From NCBI GenBank assembly GCA_965262915.1, contig OZ253564.1, forward strand, positions 1,152,001 through 1,216,000: DNA of 64,000 bases. Reading direction: 5' to 3'. Position 1 is the stretch's first letter. Every line of letters begins with the position of its first letter. Below the pieces are notes generated by a model. The model made no database searches. It was not told the DNA's origin and saw only the letters and a program-made list of their open reading frames with translations. The DNA is from Candidatus Spongiisociaceae bacterium (GTDB taxonomy: Bacteria > Actinomycetota > Acidimicrobiia > Spongiisociales > Spongiisociaceae). The position numbers and the translations under genes were made by a program. Below, in pieces: positions 59,980-64,000 of this stretch.

Positions 59980-60801
59980 GTGACCGGCCTTACCCGGGAG
60001 ATCGCTCGTTGGATCGAGTCGGTCGATCCGGGGACGATCGACGACGATACCCGGGCGGTCGTGTCCGGTTTGGTAGCCCGCGTGCTGAACGCGACCGCCG
60101 GGTCGGAGGGTGACGGGCGACAGGGTCCGACTCGCCTCGGTCTCGATCCCGTGGTTGACGCCCACTCATTCGCTGCCGGCCTGCGCGCCGAAACCCTTTC
60201 GGAACAGCAGGCGGGTCTCAGGGAGCTCGCCGCTCCGGTCGCCAGAGCGGCGCTGGCGATAGCGGTTCACCACCCATGCTCCGGTGCATCGCTGGGCGCC
60301 GCGGTCCTGGCCGGCTGCGAGCTGGGCCTGCTGCTGGCCGAGATGGCGGGCGCTGGTAGTGACTCTCGATTTCGTGCCTCGGCGGCGACATGTGCAGCTA
60401 TCTCGGCTGCTCGGGTCCTTGATCTCAGCGGCGATCGGCTCGTCTGGGCGATCGGTATCGGGGCCAGCAGTTCGGTCGGTGCCGCCTATGTCCTAGATGC
60501 TGCTTGGCAGGCCGGGAAGTCGGCGTCCAACGGAGTGCTGGCTGCCCTCCTCGCCGATGCAGACTTCACCGGTCCCGCCGACGCCATCGAACATCCCCGG
60601 GGTCTTCTCGGCGCGGTGTTCGATATGCGTGCGCCGGTTGGTACAGCAGGGGATCTGGGCAACCGGATAGGTGCAATCGAACCCCTGATCTCCTCGGCAG
60701 GAACTGCCGACGGTTTCGGGGACAAGGCGGCCGGGATGTGGGAGATGGAAAGGGCTTCCGATCTGGTTGCCGCAGTGTTTCCCGACCGGAGGTCGCGTTG
60801 A
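59980..60801 (+). CDS. Short, degenerate MmgE/PrpD family protein
   Basis: SGASLGAAVLAGCE, AIGIGAS, GVLAALLA..DFTGP...EHPRG. Confidence 0.65.
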   Translation: MTGLTREIARWIESVDPGTIDDDTRAVVSGLVARVLNATAGSEGDGRQGPTRLGLDPVVDAHSFAAGLRAETLSEQQAGLRELAAPVARAALAIAVHHPCSGASLGAAVLAGCELGLLLAEMAGAGSDSRFRASAATCAAISAARVLDLSGDRLVWAIGIGASSSVGAAYVLDAAWQAGKSASNGVLAALLADADFTGPADAIEHPRGLLGAVFDMRAPVGTAGDLGNRIGAIEPLISSAGTADGFGDKAAGMWEMERASDLVAAVFPDRRSR

Positions 60802-62132
60802 TCGGGACCGCGGTTCTCCCACGGTTGGCAGGCTTTGCGCTCGGTCCCCTCGATCTGCCCGATGAGGTAGCGCACGCCGGTCGCCGGACCGTTCTCAATG
60901 CGCTGGCGCTGGCGGTCGGTGCCGCCCGGCATCCTGCTGTCGATGCGGCTTGCGAGGTGGTTTCGCGCCTGACCCGGCGCCCTGAAGCATCGATCCCCGG
61001 CCGGTCCGCCCGGGTGGAGGCGGAGTGGGCGGCTTTCGTAGGAGGCATAGCGGTCCACGCCGAGGACTACGACGACACCCACCTGGGCACCGTCGTGCAT
61101 CCGGGCGCCCCGGTCGTTCCTGCCGCCCTAGCCGCTGCCGAGTTGTACAGGAGCAGCGGACGCGAACTGCTGGAGGCTGTGGTGGTCGGGGTGGAGGTTG
61201 CATGCCGGGTGGGCCTGGGTCTCGGGCCGGGTCACTTCGACCGCGGATGGCACCTCACGGGGTCGACCGGCCGGTACGGCGCCGCCGCTGCGGCCGCCCG
61301 CCTGGCCGGGTTGGACGAGGCCACGCTGGCCGGGGTGTGGGCCCGCTCTGCAGCCGAGACGGCCGGGGTCCAGGCGGCCTTCGGCACCATGACCAAGCCG
61401 TACCATCCCGGCAAGGCTGCCTACGACGGGATCCTGGCGGTACAGGACACCGTGGACGGGCGCCGGCCTGCTCCGATGACCGCGGAGGAGGAGACGAACA
61501 TGTTCCATGCGCTGGGTCCCGACCCGGATCCCCCGAAGGTCACTACCGGCCTGTGCGAACAGTGGGAGACCGCGCTGAACACATTCAAACCGTATGCCTG
61601 CGGGATCGTCAGCCATCCGGTCATAGATGCGGCGGTCGAAGCCCGGACCCGTATCGGGGGCCGGATCAACCGGATCACGGTTACCGTCAATCCCATCGTG
61701 CTCGACGTGATGGGTGTCGAAGAGCCAGCCCACGGCCTGGAGTCGAAGTTCAGCGTCTACCACTGCGCGGCTATCGGTCTCCTCGACGGGGTCGGAGGGC
61801 CGGCCCAGTTCTCCGACGAGCGGGTCAACTCCCCGGACACGACCGCGCTGCGCCGCAAGGTCGAGGTGATCACCGATCCGAGCATGGCCCGGGATGCGGC
61901 CCGCCTGGTAGCGGATACGGCGGACGGGCGGCGGGTCGAAGTGAGGATCGACCACGCCAGGGGGAGCGCGGCGCGACCCATGACCGACGAGGATCTCGCC
62001 TTCAAGGCCCGTGACTCGATGCAGCCCGTCATCGGTGATGCCGCCGACGATCTCATCGACATGGCCTACTCCATCGAAGCTCACGAAGTACGGGACATCA
62101 TGCAGGTGGCCGCCTCAGGGGCTGGGATGTGA
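60798..62132 (+). CDS. MmgE/PrpD family protein
   Basis: HAEDYDDTH, VHPG, RGWH, TKPYHPG, KPYACG, SKFS. Confidence 0.92.
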   Translation: MIGTAVLPRLAGFALGPLDLPDEVAHAGRRTVLNALALAVGAARHPAVDAACEVVSRLTRRPEASIPGRSARVEAEWAAFVGGIAVHAEDYDDTHLGTVVHPGAPVVPAALAAAELYRSSGRELLEAVVVGVEVACRVGLGLGPGHFDRGWHLTGSTGRYGAAAAAARLAGLDEATLAGVWARSAAETAGVQAAFGTMTKPYHPGKAAYDGILAVQDTVDGRRPAPMTAEEETNMFHALGPDPDPPKVTTGLCEQWETALNTFKPYACGIVSHPVIDAAVEARTRIGGRINRITVTVNPIVLDVMGVEEPAHGLESKFSVYHCAAIGLLDGVGGPAQFSDERVNSPDTTALRRKVEVITDPSMARDAARLVADTADGRRVEVRIDHARGSAARPMTDEDLAFKARDSMQPVIGDAADDLIDMAYSIEAHEVRDIMQVAASGAGM

Positions 62133-62944
62133 GCGAGGGCACCTGGCACCTGGCACCTGGCACCTGGCACCTGGCACCTGGCACCTGGCACCTGGCACCT
62201 GGCACCTGGCACCTGGCACCTGGCACCTGGCACCTGGCACCTGGCACCTGGCACCTGGCACCTGGCACCTGGCACCTGGCACCTGGCACCTGGCAGGTTC
62301 CTGTCCGGTCGAGCCTCGCCGACAAGTGCTCACCTACGGTTGCGGCCCTGGTGATCGTGGACATGGTGAACGACTTCGTCCACCCCCGCGGTCTGACCGC
62401 CACCAGGAGCGGCCGCTCAGTAGAAGCAGGCCGATCCTCTATCGAGCCGATCCGCACCCTCGCCGTCGTCGCCCGCCACGCCGGAGTACCGGTCGTGCAT
62501 GTCCAACACTCGACGTCGCCCGACGACGCCAGCCACTCCGGTCCGTGGGTCGATGCCCGCAGGCGGGCCAGGTACAGCGCCCTCGACATATGCCTCGACG
62601 GAACGTGGGGACAGCAGGTGGTGGACGAGTTGGCCTCCGAGGACGGCGATATCGTCGTGAAGAAGCACCGCGATAGCGGGTTCGCCCGCACCGAGTTGGA
62701 CCGCGTCCTGGGTGAACGCGGGCGTGAGACCATCGTGGTGTGCGGGGTCTCGACCAACGTCTGCGTCGAGTCGACCGCCCGCCAGGGTTTCGATCTTGAC
62801 TACTACGTGGTTATCCCCGAGGATGCATGCATGTTATGGGACAACCGGCTGCACGAAGCGGCGCTGGAGACCGCCCGCCACCGTTACGCGGTTGTGTGCC
62901 AGACCTCGGATCTGATTTCGATATGGCAGGATTACCGGCCATGA
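62129..62944 (+). CDS. Isochorismatase/cysteine hydrolase (RutB-like) with in-frame heptamer-derived N-terminal repeat
   Basis: LVIVDMVNDF, KHRDSGF, GVSTNVCVEST; GTGA overlap with upstream stop. Confidence 0.88.
   Translation: MSEGTWHLAPGTWHLAPGTWHLAPGTWHLAPGTWHLAPGTWHLAPGTWHLAPGTWQVPVRSSLADKCSPTVAALVIVDMVNDFVHPRGLTATRSGRSVEAGRSSIEPIRTLAVVARHAGVPVVHVQHSTSPDDASHSGPWVDARRRARYSALDICLDGTWGQQVVDELASEDGDIVVKKHRDSGFARTELDRVLGERGRETIVVCGVSTNVCVESTARQGFDLDYYVVIPEDACMLWDNRLHEAALETARHRYAVVCQTSDLISIWQDYRP
62138..62295 (+). repeat. (CTGGCAC)~22.6 heptamer tandem array
   Basis: 21 perfect units 62143-62289 plus flanking partial units. Confidence 0.97.
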
Positions 62945-63822
62945 GCCGATCACGGATCCCATTCTCCCAGTCGTGGGACCGGCCTGCGTTGGCGCCCCCC
63001 GACGGTAAGCTGATCATCGTCCAGATCGTGGTCAACCTGGAACTGTGGCGCTTCGATGCAGCCCTGCCCAGGTCGCTGCTACCCGCGCCGCACGGCGAGC
63101 CCCGCATACCCGACGTGCCCAACTACTCCTGGGTGGAGTACGGGCTACGCAGCGGCTTGCCGCGCATCCTGCGTCTCTTCGGATCGCTCGGAGTGCCGGC
63201 CTCCGCCTCTGTCAACGCACTCCTCTTCCAGGCCGAGCCCGCCATCGGGGAGCGGATCGTCGAGGCCGGCTTGGAGATGGTGGGGCACGGGACCGAGCAA
63301 CGTGCTCTGGCTGCCCACACGGAACGGGATACGGTCCGCGCCACCCTCGATATGCTTGAGGAGTTCTCGGGTTCCCGGCCGCGGGGTTGGTTGGGCCCCG
63401 GACTACAGGAGACCTTCGAGACACCGGACGTTCTCGCCGAGGCCGGCATCGATTACGTCCTCGATTGGGCGGTTGACGACCTACCCGTCTGGATGGACAC
63501 CCGGCGCGGGCCACTGTTGGCGGTTCCCTACAACCTGGAGATCAACGACAGCCTGCTGTTCGGCGTCGAGAGGCACCCCTCTCGAGAGTTTGCGGTGCGG
63601 GTGGAAGACACCCTCAGGGTCTACGAGCAGGAGACCGGGTCGGAACCCCGGATCCTCACCCTCGGCCTGCATCCCCACCTGATCGGGATCCCCCATCGAT
63701 TCGTCTACCTCGAGCAGGTGCTGGGTGAGCTTGCTGCAAGGATCGATACGGTCTTCATGACCGGTTCGTCCATCGCCGACTGGTACCGGGCGGAGGTACC
63801 TCCAGAAGGGAGTCATCCATGA
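62941..63822 (+). CDS. Polysaccharide deacetylase / PuuE-like hydrolase
   Basis: VVNLELW, EYGLRSG, VGHG, GWLGPG, DDLP, LHPHLIG. Confidence 0.88.
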   Translation: MSRSRIPFSQSWDRPALAPPDGKLIIVQIVVNLELWRFDAALPRSLLPAPHGEPRIPDVPNYSWVEYGLRSGLPRILRLFGSLGVPASASVNALLFQAEPAIGERIVEAGLEMVGHGTEQRALAAHTERDTVRATLDMLEEFSGSRPRGWLGPGLQETFETPDVLAEAGIDYVLDWAVDDLPVWMDTRRGPLLAVPYNLEINDSLLFGVERHPSREFAVRVEDTLRVYEQETGSEPRILTLGLHPHLIGIPHRFVYLEQVLGELAARIDTVFMTGSSIADWYRAEVPPEGSHP

Positions 63823-64000
63823 GCGTGGTGAAGATCAACGCCATCACGGTGCCGGACGGGATGGGTGGAGAACTGGAAGAGCGCTTTGCCAAGCGCGCTC
63901 ATCAGGTGGAGAGGATGGAAGGCTTCGAAGGGTTCGAGCTACTCCGACCTGTCGGCGGTGAGACCCGCTACTTCGTCTACACGAGATGGCGGTCGGAGGA
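63819..64000 (+). CDS. ABM family monooxygenase, MhuD-like (3'-partial)
   Basis: MSVVKINAITVPDGMGGELEERFAKRAHQVERMEGFEGFELLRP; ATGA overlap; not in the ORF track. Confidence 0.82.
   Translation, partial: MSVVKINAITVPDGMGGELEERFAKRAHQVERMEGFEGFELLRPVGGETRYFVYTRWRSE

Noticed and set aside
62138-62295. Heptamer arrays as CRISPR, or ARCQVPG-repeat proteins on the minus strand
   Set aside because: No spacers or cas genes; the minus-strand ORFs are simply translations of the repeat
1-64000. rRNA, tRNA, riboswitches, integrase or prophage genes
   Set aside because: None recognised by eye; a covariance-model scan would be needed to exclude small RNAs

Overview
High-GC window, most likely from an Actinomycetota (Acidimicrobiia-like, probably marine or host-associated) genome; this is inferred from SLH-type repeats, a dddP homologue and gene content. 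The centrepiece is an intact 11-gene minus-strand operon (11328-19130). It encodes a group-1-like soluble di-iron monooxygenase (alpha, gamma, coupling, beta, Rieske ferredoxin) with a glutathione-reductase-type reductase, a DJ-1/PfpI protein, two NTF2/SnoaL proteins, a DUF59 protein and an ABM protein. Translationally coupled inside it is a divergent ribosomal protein uL22 paralogue that has lost most rRNA-binding basic residues. The window also holds: a likely selenoprotein (AhpD/CMD, CxxU plus a SECIS-like hairpin) split by the ORF track; a frameshifted dddP; a large decaying catabolic region (VOC, His-elbow alpha/beta hydrolases, DUF4437 cupins, LLM, MBL, amidohydrolase, MmgE/PrpD); a Shango-type defence system, a putative R-M pair and three toxin-antitoxin modules; an intact IS630 and two families of CTAG-targeting MITEs; and two (CTGGCAC)n arrays at gene 5' ends. 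All protein calls come from motif recognition by eye; no searches were run.
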